IMG/VR virus record: IMGVR_UViG_3300033145_002283
Coordinates: 1 to 63,039 of that record
Length of the DNA stretch: 63,039 nucleotides
Reading direction: 5' to 3' (one strand)
Source: a virus
Lineage: Duplodnaviria; Caudoviricetes
The position numbers and the translations under genes are program-made. This document shows, piece after piece, positions 37,494 to 46,657 of this stretch (position 1 is its first letter; every line of letters begins with the position of its first letter). A model generated the notes under the pieces. It was given only the letters and a program-made list of their open reading frames with translations. It had not been told where the DNA came from and did no database searches.

Positions 37494-37847
37494 GCACGGG
37501 TATCAGATAACGAAGTAAAAGAGATCATTGAAACTGATGTAACGACTACTCCCTTCATTACCATTGCCAATTTACTGGTGACTGATTTATTGGGCGATTC
37601 GGGGTTGTCGGACGCTATGTTGAAGGAAATTGAAAGGTGGTTATCAGCCCATTTTGTTGCCATCAGAGATCCTCGTGAAAAAATCATCAAGACCGGGGAT
37701 GCCGGGGCGACATTTTTTCTTGGCAAAGAAGGTAAAGGGTTGGAGTCAACTCCGTATGGCCTTCAGGCTATGGCTATGGATACAACCGGTACGCTTGCCA
37801 ATTTAGGCAAACGGGCCGCAAAACTTGATGTAATTGATTGGTTATGA
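37491..37847 (+). CDS. Head-tail connector (adaptor)
   Basis: IERWLSAHF, L.STPYG..A..D.TG motifs; position. Confidence 0.75.
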   Translation: MARVSDNEVKEIIETDVTTTPFITIANLLVTDLLGDSGLSDAMLKEIERWLSAHFVAIRDPREKIIKTGDAGATFFLGKEGKGLESTPYGLQAMAMDTTGTLANLGKRAAKLDVIDWL

Positions 37848-38365
37848 GGAGGAGAATAATGAAATTTTTAAGGGTGTTTTTAGGGGTTCTGTTACTTTTT
37901 CTGTTTTGCGGTTCCGTATATGCTGCTGGTTCAGTAGTAGAACAGAGCAGAACTTGGACCATAAATGGGGACGATGTGGTCATAACGGTGAAACTGCTTT
38001 GTACTGGCGATGCGTCTGCAGGTACGGTGCCGGATTTTACTTTCACTAATCTTGATCCGAACCGCCTAACCCCCAGCTCATTATCCCGGCGGTTAAGCTT
38101 GCGGGGATCATATATAATTAGGGTGGAAACATGGCCTGGGAGCCCAGCGCCTAATGCGTATACACTGAAATTCTATTCCTCCCGAGGTGGCATTGAAGGA
38201 GCGTTGCTGTTGGATATCCCGGCACGCTCGGCCACTGATAAAGAGACAGAAACAGGATCGTACACATTAGGCGACTGGCCTCCCATTGATGATGGTTTGA
38301 TTATGAAAACCGGGGATCTTGGGACTGATAAAACCACAACTGTTTATGTGACTTTTGCAAAATAA
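37838..38365 (+). CDS. Signal-peptide-bearing beta-rich protein (likely start 37859)
   Basis: MKFLRVFLGVLLLFLFCGSVYA-A Sec-type signal. Confidence 0.65.
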   Translation: MVMRRRIMKFLRVFLGVLLLFLFCGSVYAAGSVVEQSRTWTINGDDVVITVKLLCTGDASAGTVPDFTFTNLDPNRLTPSSLSRRLSLRGSYIIRVETWPGSPAPNAYTLKFYSSRGGIEGALLLDIPARSATDKETETGSYTLGDWPPIDDGLIMKTGDLGTDKTTTVYVTFAK

Positions 38366-38377
38366 CGAGGTGAAGTT

Positions 38378-39928
38378 ATGAAAAAAATATTATGCCTGTT
38401 TTTGATTCTGCTTTTTTCGGCAACAGCCGTTTATGCCGATCCGCCTGACAAAGCAGAAAAATGGAAATATGATTCTTCAGGTGATTTAGAACCTGTTGGA
38501 TCTGATGCAAAGATTCCCGCAGAACACGTAGGATTAAATAAGCTTGGTACACCGACATATGAAGATCTCCAGGCCATTATCAATACCTATATGTCCGCAG
38601 GCAAATTCACAGGCGGCGGATTTACAGACAACGGCGATGGCTCTATAACGGTAGCGGCCGGAACCGGGCTGATCAAGAGCACGGACAGCGACACCGGCGC
38701 CCTGTATTCTTTCGATTGGGCAGAGAACACTAATGCAACCCTCACTGATAACTCGATCAATTTCATCTATGTTGATTATAATTTCGGTACTCCACAGATC
38801 GGTGTAGCCACCTCAAGCCCTACAGATCATAATACCAAAGTTTTGCTTGGCCTCGTATATCGCTCAGGCACAACTCTCCATATGACCAATGCCGGACAGC
38901 TTATTGCGAACTATTCGGCTAAGACTTGTTGGAAAGACATGGAAGTCAACGGCAAGTTTCAATGGGTGTCTGGTGTCAAACCTTCCGAAACAGGCACCCG
39001 GTATCTTAAACTTTCTGAAGGCACCATCTATGCCGGATTAACGAAGAAATCCATTTCTGCTTATGATTCCACAAGCACAGCATTAACTGCCTATTACAGT
39101 GATGGCGGAACTGGCTGGAACACTGCATCTGTGCAGCAGATTGACAATCAGTATTATGATGACGGCTCAGGAACACTTGCAAGCCTGACAGCAGATTACA
39201 AGACCTGCCGATACATCTATATAGATCCAGACGGACATGTGTATATGGTCTATGGCACATCTCAGTACAGTAAGCTTGCAGACGCCATTGAAGAGGAAGC
39301 TCCGACATCTCTGCCTGATATGCTTGGCAATATCGGCATGCTGGTTGGCAAGGTCATTGTCAAAGAAGGGGAAACTAATTTTAAGAGAGTTTATAGCTAT
39401 CTTGGCCAAAAGGCCCCTGCCGGAACGGTTGCAGATCATCAGGATCTTGGAGGTATTCCAGGTAATTCGGAAGGATATCATCTGTCTGGGAATGACTATA
39501 CCGAACTCACGGAATGGTTGGACAATGTTACGCTTGGAAGTGATGGATCGATAACTACACCAGCAGCTATTAGTGGCGGAATTGATGTCGCTACTACAAT
39601 TAGCTCGGACACAACGCTAACAGCTGTTGCAATTAATGGTGGGATAATTCCCCTTTCTGGAGATGGCACGACTGTCACATTGCCTGATGTTACAACGCTT
39701 ACAGTTGGAGCATTTATTTCTTTTTGGGTTACCGATGCAACAGCAAAACATGTCAAACCTTATGCAAATGATAAATTTACTTTATTGGGCACAGCTCTTG
39801 ATGATGGAGATAAATTATCATGCGCTATAGACAAAGCCGGTGATGTTATAACATTGTATTATCTTGAGGCAACAGGATGGCAGGCATTGCATGGAACATC
39901 AACAGCATGGTCTGATGGCGGTGTATGA
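38378..39928 (+). CDS. Fibre-like protein with N-terminal signal peptide
   Basis: MKKILCLFLILLFSATAVYA-D; G/T/S-rich beta domains. Confidence 0.65.
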   Translation: MKKILCLFLILLFSATAVYADPPDKAEKWKYDSSGDLEPVGSDAKIPAEHVGLNKLGTPTYEDLQAIINTYMSAGKFTGGGFTDNGDGSITVAAGTGLIKSTDSDTGALYSFDWAENTNATLTDNSINFIYVDYNFGTPQIGVATSSPTDHNTKVLLGLVYRSGTTLHMTNAGQLIANYSAKTCWKDMEVNGKFQWVSGVKPSETGTRYLKLSEGTIYAGLTKKSISAYDSTSTALTAYYSDGGTGWNTASVQQIDNQYYDDGSGTLASLTADYKTCRYIYIDPDGHVYMVYGTSQYSKLADAIEEEAPTSLPDMLGNIGMLVGKVIVKEGETNFKRVYSYLGQKAPAGTVADHQDLGGIPGNSEGYHLSGNDYTELTEWLDNVTLGSDGSITTPAAISGGIDVATTISSDTTLTAVAINGGIIPLSGDGTTVTLPDVTTLTVGAFISFWVTDATAKHVKPYANDKFTLLGTALDDGDKLSCAIDKAGDVITLYYLEATGWQALHGTSTAWSDGGV

Positions 39929-39952
39929 TGCCTATTGGCATAAAGGCCGGAG

Positions 39953-40189
39953 ATGAAAAAGTTATCATTAATCATAATACTGCTATTTATGACAGGCTGT
40001 GTGGTAACAACAACGTATCAGACGCCCGATGGGCTGACATATGTCGTCAAATCAAAAAGTGACGCCTTGGTCACGGTCAAAACGGAATCGCACGAGATCA
40101 CGGTTGATAACCGTGGCCGGCCGAGTGCGTTTGAGCTGATATTGCCGGCGTTATTGAACAAATCGCCTGATGTTCATGTAGGCGATTAA
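39953..40189 (+). CDS. Small lipoprotein (possible o-spanin)
   Basis: Lipobox-like FMTGC; next to holin. Confidence 0.6.
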   Translation: MKKLSLIIILLFMTGCVVTTTYQTPDGLTYVVKSKSDALVTVKTESHEITVDNRGRPSAFELILPALLNKSPDVHVGD

Positions 40190-40208
40190 TACAAAAGGAG
40201 GTGTTGAT

Positions 40209-40664
40209 ATGGGACTCGATCTTACAGGCATAGGCTCAGTGGCCGATTTTGCGGACACACTAATTAAACGGTTTTTTCCTGCAAAAATGACGGATGCGGA
40301 AAAGGCTCAGGCACAGATCCAGATTCAGGGAATGCTCGACCAGCGGGAAACCTCTCTGCTCGAATCGCAAAAATCAATCATCATGTCAGAGATGAGCCAG
40401 GGCGATAACTTCACCAAGCGGGCGCGGCCATGCATCGTCTATTTCGGCCTGATCGCAATCGGCCTTGTGCACGTGATCCTTCCGATGACCGCATGGCTTG
40501 CGCTGATCGCGACCGGCAAGCCGCTGTCCGACATGCCGTCGATTGTCCTGCCCGGCGAATTTTGGGCCACATGGGGCGGAGTCTGCTCGATATGGGTTAT
40601 TGGCAGGTCGGCGGAAAAACGGGGTGTTGCAAACAAACTGGTCAGCATGATTACAGGCAAATAA
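40209..40664 (+). CDS. Holin (3TM/GTA-holin-like family)
   Basis: FTKRARP, two hydrophobic helices, IGRSAEK. Confidence 0.78.
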   Translation: MGLDLTGIGSVADFADTLIKRFFPAKMTDAEKAQAQIQIQGMLDQRETSLLESQKSIIMSEMSQGDNFTKRARPCIVYFGLIAIGLVHVILPMTAWLALIATGKPLSDMPSIVLPGEFWATWGGVCSIWVIGRSAEKRGVANKLVSMITGK

Positions 40665-40727
40665 AATACTGCGAAAGTTTGGAGATATTATTTCAAAAAT
40701 ATACGGCTGCTTTGCAACTGAAAAGAT

Positions 40728-41000
40728 ATGAGGAGGCGGAAGATGGCTTGGACTGATCCTGATCGATGGCTGACAGTACCTGTTATCGGGGCGATGATGG
40801 GGTTTTTCTGGAGTGGAATTTCGAAAAAGAAACGATCTATCGACAAGGCCCTTGAGAGTTATGTGGACAAGCCATATTGTGAAATGAAGCAGGAGAACAT
40901 GACTTTACGCCTTGAGGCCACAATCAGGACAGAGATTGGAACGCTTAAAGATGAGATATTCGAACATATGCGGGCAATCGAAAGGGCAATGAAACAATGA
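40728..41000 (+). CDS. Small single-TM lysis-associated protein
   Basis: TM helix plus coiled coil, between holin and endolysin. Confidence 0.55.
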   Translation: MRRRKMAWTDPDRWLTVPVIGAMMGFFWSGISKKKRSIDKALESYVDKPYCEMKQENMTLRLEATIRTEIGTLKDEIFEHMRAIERAMKQ

Positions 41001-41437
41001 CACCTAAATATATTATAATTCACCACAGTTTGACAAAAGATTCAGGCACCGTATCCTGGGACGCAATTCGACGATATCATACCGTGCAGCTCGGCTGGCG
41101 TGATATTGGGTACCACTTTGGCATCGAATTGGTGGGGGATCATTATGAAATATTGACCGGCAGAATGATGGATGAAATTGGTGCCCATTGCAAAGAAGAT
41201 AGAATGAATTATAAATCGATTGGCGTATGTTTTGTCGGCAATTACGACCTCGGGCCGGTTCCGGATGCTATGTGGACGCTGGGGGTTCGTTTTATTTCAA
41301 GTCTGTGTAAAACCCTGGCTATCGATCCGAACCGAATATATCCCCATTCTTTACTTGCGGATAAGACATGTCCAGGAACGCAATTTGATATTGATAGATT
41401 CACAAACGCAGTTGCTAAAAATCTGTCATACAGATAA
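40997..41437 (+). CDS. Endolysin, N-acetylmuramoyl-L-alanine amidase (Amidase_2, T7 lysozyme-like)
   Basis: [25 protein letters not shown]....KTCPG. Confidence 0.92.
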   Translation: MTPKYIIIHHSLTKDSGTVSWDAIRRYHTVQLGWRDIGYHFGIELVGDHYEILTGRMMDEIGAHCKEDRMNYKSIGVCFVGNYDLGPVPDAMWTLGVRFISSLCKTLAIDPNRIYPHSLLADKTCPGTQFDIDRFTNAVAKNLSYR

Positions 41438-41455
41438 ATAAAGGGAGAAAATATA

Positions 41456-41605
41456 ATGGCACTTACTCTCATTGCAACAGCCGGTGACGCAAGCGCAAAT
41501 ACATATGCAACACTCGAAGAAGCTGAAGCATATTTTGAGGGCGTGCTGGAGTGCAATTTGGTTGATGGGGTACTTGCAATGGTAGATGAACTGGAGCCAA
41601 AATGA
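41456..41605 (+). pseudogene. Truncated second head-tail adaptor (DnaT-like family N-terminus)
   Basis: GGGAG RBS; MALTLIATAGDASANTYATLEEAEAYF then early stop (49 aa). Confidence 0.6.
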
Positions 41606-41952
41606 GCTGGATAACAAGAAATCTGCGACAGACAATGGTATGGTGGGACAGGTCTGGTAAAAATAAATTCAACAAGCCCACGTTTTCAGCTCCTGTTGAA
41701 AAATCATGCCGGTGGGAGGACAAAGAAGAACTTTTTATTGATACGGATGGTATGGAGACGAAATCTCAAGGTGTGATTTATACAGCGCATGATATGACCT
41801 CTGGGGATTATGTTTATCTTGGTGAACTGGCAGATCTCAGCTCGTCTGACGAAGCGGATCCCACGGCTGTATTAACTGCATATGAGGTGCGGGCATTCCG
41901 CAAGGTGCCGGGAATTAAGAATAATGAGAGCGAAAGGAAGGCCTGGATATGA
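41602..41952 (+). CDS. Head closure protein
   Basis: Position; CRWED motif. Confidence 0.7.
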   Translation: MSWITRNLRQTMVWWDRSGKNKFNKPTFSAPVEKSCRWEDKEELFIDTDGMETKSQGVIYTAHDMTSGDYVYLGELADLSSSDEADPTAVLTAYEVRAFRKVPGIKNNESERKAWI

Positions 41953-42392
41953 CAACCCCAGTTGTAGGCATTGAAGATGTCGTGAAAAACCTTACCAAAG
42001 AGATCAGGAAGATCCGGGGCCGGACCGCCGGCGGTGTGCTTGCCGCCGCACAATATGTTAAGGGCGAATCACAGGCCGAATGCCCGGTTGTTACTGGCGC
42101 CCTTAAAAATAGTGCATATGTCAAACCGTTTGGGACACAAAGAAAGCCTGGGGCCTTGGTTGGATATTCAGCAGTATATGCAAGATCGGTTCATGAAAAC
42201 CCTCGGGCCGGGGCCACGGAGGGATTCAGCCCATCTGGCAGGCCATACCGGGCGCCACTGTTGCCATCGGGAAGGAGGTCAAAACAAAAGGTTTTTTCAA
42301 CGGTTGGTAAGTGGAAATTTCTTGAGGATCCATTAAGGCAGAGCGCAGATAAAATTTTGGAGATTATCAGAAGAAAGGCAAAAATCAGATGA
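41949..42392 (+). CDS. HK97 gp10-like tail completion protein
   Basis: PVVTGALKNS, YARSVHE, KFLEDP. Confidence 0.8.
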   Translation: MTTPVVGIEDVVKNLTKEIRKIRGRTAGGVLAAAQYVKGESQAECPVVTGALKNSAYVKPFGTQRKPGALVGYSAVYARSVHENPRAGATEGFSPSGRPYRAPLLPSGRRSKQKVFSTVGKWKFLEDPLRQSADKILEIIRRKAKIR

Positions 42393-42790
42393 ATTCTGTA
42401 GCTGTGGACATAGCAGATATATTGGTATTGTCGTCTTCCGGGTTGAGCTTGACCTTGGCGACAGACCTTTTCATAGGACAGGAACCCAAAACTCCGAACG
42501 AATGCGTAACAATATATGATCGGCCGGGCTTTGCCCCAACTCCTGTTGCTGAAACGTATGATCAGCCTGGGTTTATGATCCGGGTGAGAGGGAACAGGAA
42601 CGATTATGCCGGGGCATATGAGATAGCACAGGACATAAAAGCATATCTGCATAAGATGGCATCTCAATCGGTTGGATCAACCAGGTATGTTCAAATTTTG
42701 GCAGAAGGCGATTCGAACTTTATTGGATACGATGATAACCAAAGGCCTGTTTTCACCCTTAATTTTTTATGTCATAGGACCGGGACATAA
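42389..42790 (+). CDS. Tail terminator
   Basis: IRVRG, GYDDNQRP.F.LNF. Confidence 0.75.
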   Translation: MNSVAVDIADILVLSSSGLSLTLATDLFIGQEPKTPNECVTIYDRPGFAPTPVAETYDQPGFMIRVRGNRNDYAGAYEIAQDIKAYLHKMASQSVGSTRYVQILAEGDSNFIGYDDNQRPVFTLNFLCHRTGT

Positions 42791-42802
42791 CCGATCTGAC
42801 AA

Positions 42803-42885
42803 TTTACATCGTTAATAGGCCGGGTAAAATTAAAAAAGGGTATAACGGTATAGATTTTAAATTTTAACATTGAGAAAACGATAGA
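42803..42885 (+). repeat. Family B repeat (before major tail gene)
   Basis: 83 bp, 2 mismatches vs reverse complement of 55045-55127. Confidence 0.88.
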
Positions 42886-42903
42886 AACACAGGAGGAAAA
42901 AAG

Positions 42904-43338
42904 ATGGCGATAAGTAATGCAATATCAGGATTAGGAGTTGAGTTTAAGAGAGGGGATGGGACGTCCAGCGAAACATTCACCAAAATTGCTGAATTGGTGG
43001 ATATCAAAGGGCCGAATATGTCCAGGGACACCACGGAGGTTACAAACCACGATAACAACCAGAGCGGATACAAGGAGTTTCTAGGGTTGTTACGGGATGC
43101 AGGGGATATCACCTTGACTGTTCATTTCACTTATTCCGGATACAATGATATGGTGACGGATTTTGAGAATGACGATACTGTTAATTATCAATTGGAGTTG
43201 CCTGATGCCGGGAATACCACCTGGGAATTTGCCGGGCTGGTTACAGGGTTATCTCTGGCCCCGCCGCTCAATGATAAAATCACCCATGACGTGACGATCA
43301 AAGTGAGCGGGAAACCGACCCTCACCAATACACCTTAA
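42904..43338 (+). CDS. Major tail tube protein
   Basis: EVT.HD..GYKEFL.GL.DAG; TIKVSGKP. Confidence 0.9.
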   Translation: MAISNAISGLGVEFKRGDGTSSETFTKIAELVDIKGPNMSRDTTEVTNHDNNQSGYKEFLGLLRDAGDITLTVHFTYSGYNDMVTDFENDDTVNYQLELPDAGNTTWEFAGLVTGLSLAPPLNDKITHDVTIKVSGKPTLTNTP

Positions 43339-43383
43339 AATTTATTTGAAATTCATTAACCAGTAACAAGGAGGGAAACAAAA

Positions 43384-43743
43384 ATGGAATTAACCAAAGA
43401 TCTTATTTTTCAGGCAGACGACATTAAAAAAGAGAAAGTCCATGTCCCAGAATGGAATGGGGATGTTTATGTTAAAATGATGACCGCCGCGGAGCGGGAC
43501 CGGTTCGAGTCTGATATGTTTGAAATTAAAAACGGCAAGGCGATTACAAAAAATATTGAATATATGAGGTCCCGACTGGTTGCCGTTACTGCTTGCAGCA
43601 GCGATGGTGTGCTTCTGTTTTCTCTTGATGATATTCCAAAGCTTGCTGACAAATCAGCAGCAGCAGTTGACCGGTTGTTTTCGGTGGCGCAGAGGTTGAA
43701 TAAATTAACAAAAGAAGACGTGGATGAATTAACAAAAAACTGA
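43384..43743 (+). CDS. Tail assembly chaperone (G)
   Basis: VPEWNGDVYV..MT..ERD; ends in KN. Confidence 0.85.
   Translation: MELTKDLIFQADDIKKEKVHVPEWNGDVYVKMMTAAERDRFESDMFEIKNGKAITKNIEYMRSRLVAVTACSSDGVLLFSLDDIPKLADKSAAAVDRLFSVAQRLNKLTKEDVDELTKN
43734..43740 (+). other. -1 programmed frameshift slippery site A AAA AAC
   Basis: The -1 frame continues LIQRPERQFIFRLALALG into ORF 43776-44063. Confidence 0.85.
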
Positions 43744-43775
43744 TTCAAAGGCCGGAGCGACAATTCATCTTCCGG

Positions 43776-44063
43776 TTGGCTCTGGCGCTTGGCATGACAG
43801 TCAAGAAATTGTTGCGGGAGATGAGTTCGGAAGAATTATCTGAATGGATGGCGTTTACCCGGGTCCAACCATTTGGGTTTGGTGAGGATGCGAATAATAA
43901 CCGGGCGGCGCTGATAGCGCAGGCGGTTTACAACTCAGCTGGGAAGTCATTAAAGCGGGATATAAAATTTACTGATCTGATCCCGCAGACGCCTGCAAAA
44001 GCAATAGCACCAGATAAGGATGAATTGATAAAGAAAATCAATGCTGTTTTTGGACGATTTTGA
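43776..44063 (+). CDS. Tail assembly chaperone GT extension
   Basis: LALALGMTV..L...MSS.EL.EW.AF...PFG. Confidence 0.8.
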   Translation: MALALGMTVKKLLREMSSEELSEWMAFTRVQPFGFGEDANNNRAALIAQAVYNSAGKSLKRDIKFTDLIPQTPAKAIAPDKDELIKKINAVFGRF

Positions 44064-44075
44064 TATGGAGGGTTT

Positions 44076-46034
44076 ATGGCGACAATAGGCAGTTTACTGG
44101 CGTATATCGGAGTTGACACCAAAGGGCTCGATAAAGGGCTCGCTCATTCCGAAAAAGCCATGAAGACCTCTACCAAAAAGATGGGTGATTCCTTACGCAC
44201 TTTGAAACGTGTTGCTGTCGCTGCTTTTGCTGGTTGGGGTGTGAAACGGCTTGCGGAGAGTTTCATCGAAGCCGGTATTGCCATGGATGCAATGAATAAG
44301 TCAATGGCTGCGGCAATGGGCTCTGCAGAAGATGCCGCCATGGCTCAAACATGGTTACGGCAGGAGTCAGAACGGCTTGGACTTGTTTTTCAGGATCAGG
44401 TAAAAGATTTTATAAAGCTGGCCGCCGCTGCCCGGGGTACAAATCTTGAAGGACAAAAGACGATTGAAATATATCAGGCGGTAGCAGAAGCGTCAACGGC
44501 CTTGCATTTGTCTTCTGAAGAAACGTCAGGAGCTTTAACAGCGATTAATCAGATTATGTCCAAAGGAAAAGTTCAGGCTGAAGAATTAAGAGGACAGTTA
44601 GGCGAGCGATTACCTGGCGCATTCCAGCTTGCCGCTAAGGCTATGGAAATGACAACCGCTGAATTATCCAAAGCTCTTGAAATGGGGGAAGTATACGCAG
44701 ATGATTTCCTTCCCAAGTTCGCAAAAGCATTGAAAGAAAGATATGCGGATGCAGCGGTTGAGTCTTCCAAATCAGCGCAAGCGGCGCTTAATAGGCTCAT
44801 TAATGCATGGTACAGTCTGCGGACAAAGGTCATGGAGTCAGGTGTTTTAGAAGTTTTCACAAGCATGGTCACTGCGATAACAGACACAATCAATGTAAAC
44901 GCAACGGCTATATCCATATTTGTGCTATCTGCATTTAAAACGATGATTTCGGCAGCCAAGGTAATCGTTGAAACATTTTATAAAATCAGATCAACCTTTG
45001 GGGAAATTGTTGTAGCCCATGCTGTCATTAGGCTTGATGTGTTGAATAAGAAGTTCCTCGATGTTCTTGAGAAACTCAAAAAAGCCAAGGAATTAGAGAG
45101 AGAAGAAGGCGCAGGTGTCAGAACGTCTAAATCCATTAAATATGAGATGGAATTGGACAGGATTAATAAAAAGCGTGAGGAATACAACCTTCTTATCAAA
45201 GCTGGGACAATGCAGACGGAAGAAGAACAGCAGAAAATATCTGGCGTTATTGATATGCTGGACACAATGATTGATAAGGTTAAACTTGTACAGCCTATAT
45301 CAACAGAAGTACTTCCGTCAATGTTTGGGGGTAGCGATCAAGGCGAAGAAGAAGATCCTTATGGTGCCCATGTTGATAAAATGGCGAAAAAAGACGCTGA
45401 ATATATGGATTTTTGGCAACTTCAGCAACAGGAAAAATATGAAGTCCTGTCAAGGGCATATCAATATGAAATTGACCTTGAAAATAGCAAGGCCAAAATC
45501 CAAAAACAGGTTGCCAGGGGCATGGTTGCTAATTGGTCCGCGGCATTTGCGGAATTTGGCAGGCATAGCAAAGTTGCTTTTCGAATTTGGCAAGGTATAC
45601 AGATTGCCGAAGCCGTGGCAGCAACTGCCAAAAACGCTGTAACCGCATGGGGCATGGGTATGGCTGCCGGCGGCCCGTTTGGTGGACCTGCTTTGGCGGC
45701 TGCTTATGCTGCTTCAGCCATCGCATTTGGGGCTGCTCAAATAGCGTCAATATTGTCAGCCAGTCCCTCTGGCGGTTCAACATCTTCGGGAACATCAGGT
45801 GGCGTTATTTCTGGTACGGAAGGTGGCGGGGCTGATTACACTATGCCCGAAACCGGCATAACTGAAGATGATTATGAAAAGAAAAGGGATCTGACCATAA
45901 TATTTGAAGGGGATGTCCGTATTGAGGATGAAGCATATATTGAGGAGCTTGCTGAAAAAATCAATGAAGCGGTTGAGGACCGGGAAGTTACGCTTATCGC
46001 TTCCCGTGCTAAGTTTGCGGAGGGTCTGGCATGA
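44076..46034 (+). CDS. Tape measure protein
   Basis: QIMSKGKVQAEELRGQLGERLPGA; Ala-rich helices. Confidence 0.92.
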   Translation: MATIGSLLAYIGVDTKGLDKGLAHSEKAMKTSTKKMGDSLRTLKRVAVAAFAGWGVKRLAESFIEAGIAMDAMNKSMAAAMGSAEDAAMAQTWLRQESERLGLVFQDQVKDFIKLAAAARGTNLEGQKTIEIYQAVAEASTALHLSSEETSGALTAINQIMSKGKVQAEELRGQLGERLPGAFQLAAKAMEMTTAELSKALEMGEVYADDFLPKFAKALKERYADAAVESSKSAQAALNRLINAWYSLRTKVMESGVLEVFTSMVTAITDTINVNATAISIFVLSAFKTMISAAKVIVETFYKIRSTFGEIVVAHAVIRLDVLNKKFLDVLEKLKKAKELEREEGAGVRTSKSIKYEMELDRINKKREEYNLLIKAGTMQTEEEQQKISGVIDMLDTMIDKVKLVQPISTEVLPSMFGGSDQGEEEDPYGAHVDKMAKKDAEYMDFWQLQQQEKYEVLSRAYQYEIDLENSKAKIQKQVARGMVANWSAAFAEFGRHSKVAFRIWQGIQIAEAVAATAKNAVTAWGMGMAAGGPFGGPALAAAYAASAIAFGAAQIASILSASPSGGSTSSGTSGGVISGTEGGGADYTMPETGITEDDYEKKRDLTIIFEGDVRIEDEAYIEELAEKINEAVEDREVTLIASRAKFAEGLA

Positions 46035-46657
46035 CAATTAGAATAACCTATGATTCAATTAATATCGATATATCATATACTTCTCCTGCCGGGCTGAAGC
46101 TCAATTGGAAACAGGAGTACAACCAAAACAAATCTGGGTCCGGCAAAATTGAGCAAATCAATCAATATGGCATACAGGAGATGTCTATTGATCTATATCT
46201 TGATGAGTCAACCTATTATGATATGATCGCCTTTTGGAGTTGGGCCAGGCAAGGCAAGCCGTTTTCTCTCGCCATGGATTCAACCAAAACCTTCAGTTCA
46301 ACGCTCGACGATGCTGCGGCCGCAGGCCAAAAAGTCATCCCATTAACGGTAACAGAAGGGCTTACGGTAGGCGATATTTGCGTGATCGAAACAGATGCGG
46401 ACAATCAGTTTGAGATCGTTGAGATCGCCTCCATATCAGCGGGCGTGTCGGTTACAATAGTTGACAATCTAAAGCAGGCATATGCATTAGGGGATAAATT
46501 AAGGCATTTTGAATATTATCCTGATCTGATTAGTCTAGACAAGAATTTTAATCCGCCGAAATTGGGAAAATATTATCGACACACGTTCAAATTTGCGGAG
46601 ATTAAGGGCGGTTTTGTTGGACTTTTGGACACAGGGGAAGGATTTTTGAAATTATGA
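46031..46657 (+). CDS. Distal tail-like protein
   Basis: Follows tape measure gene. Confidence 0.55.
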   Translation: MTIRITYDSINIDISYTSPAGLKLNWKQEYNQNKSGSGKIEQINQYGIQEMSIDLYLDESTYYDMIAFWSWARQGKPFSLAMDSTKTFSSTLDDAAAAGQKVIPLTVTEGLTVGDICVIETDADNQFEIVEIASISAGVSVTIVDNLKQAYALGDKLRHFEYYPDLISLDKNFNPPKLGKYYRHTFKFAEIKGGFVGLLDTGEGFLKL

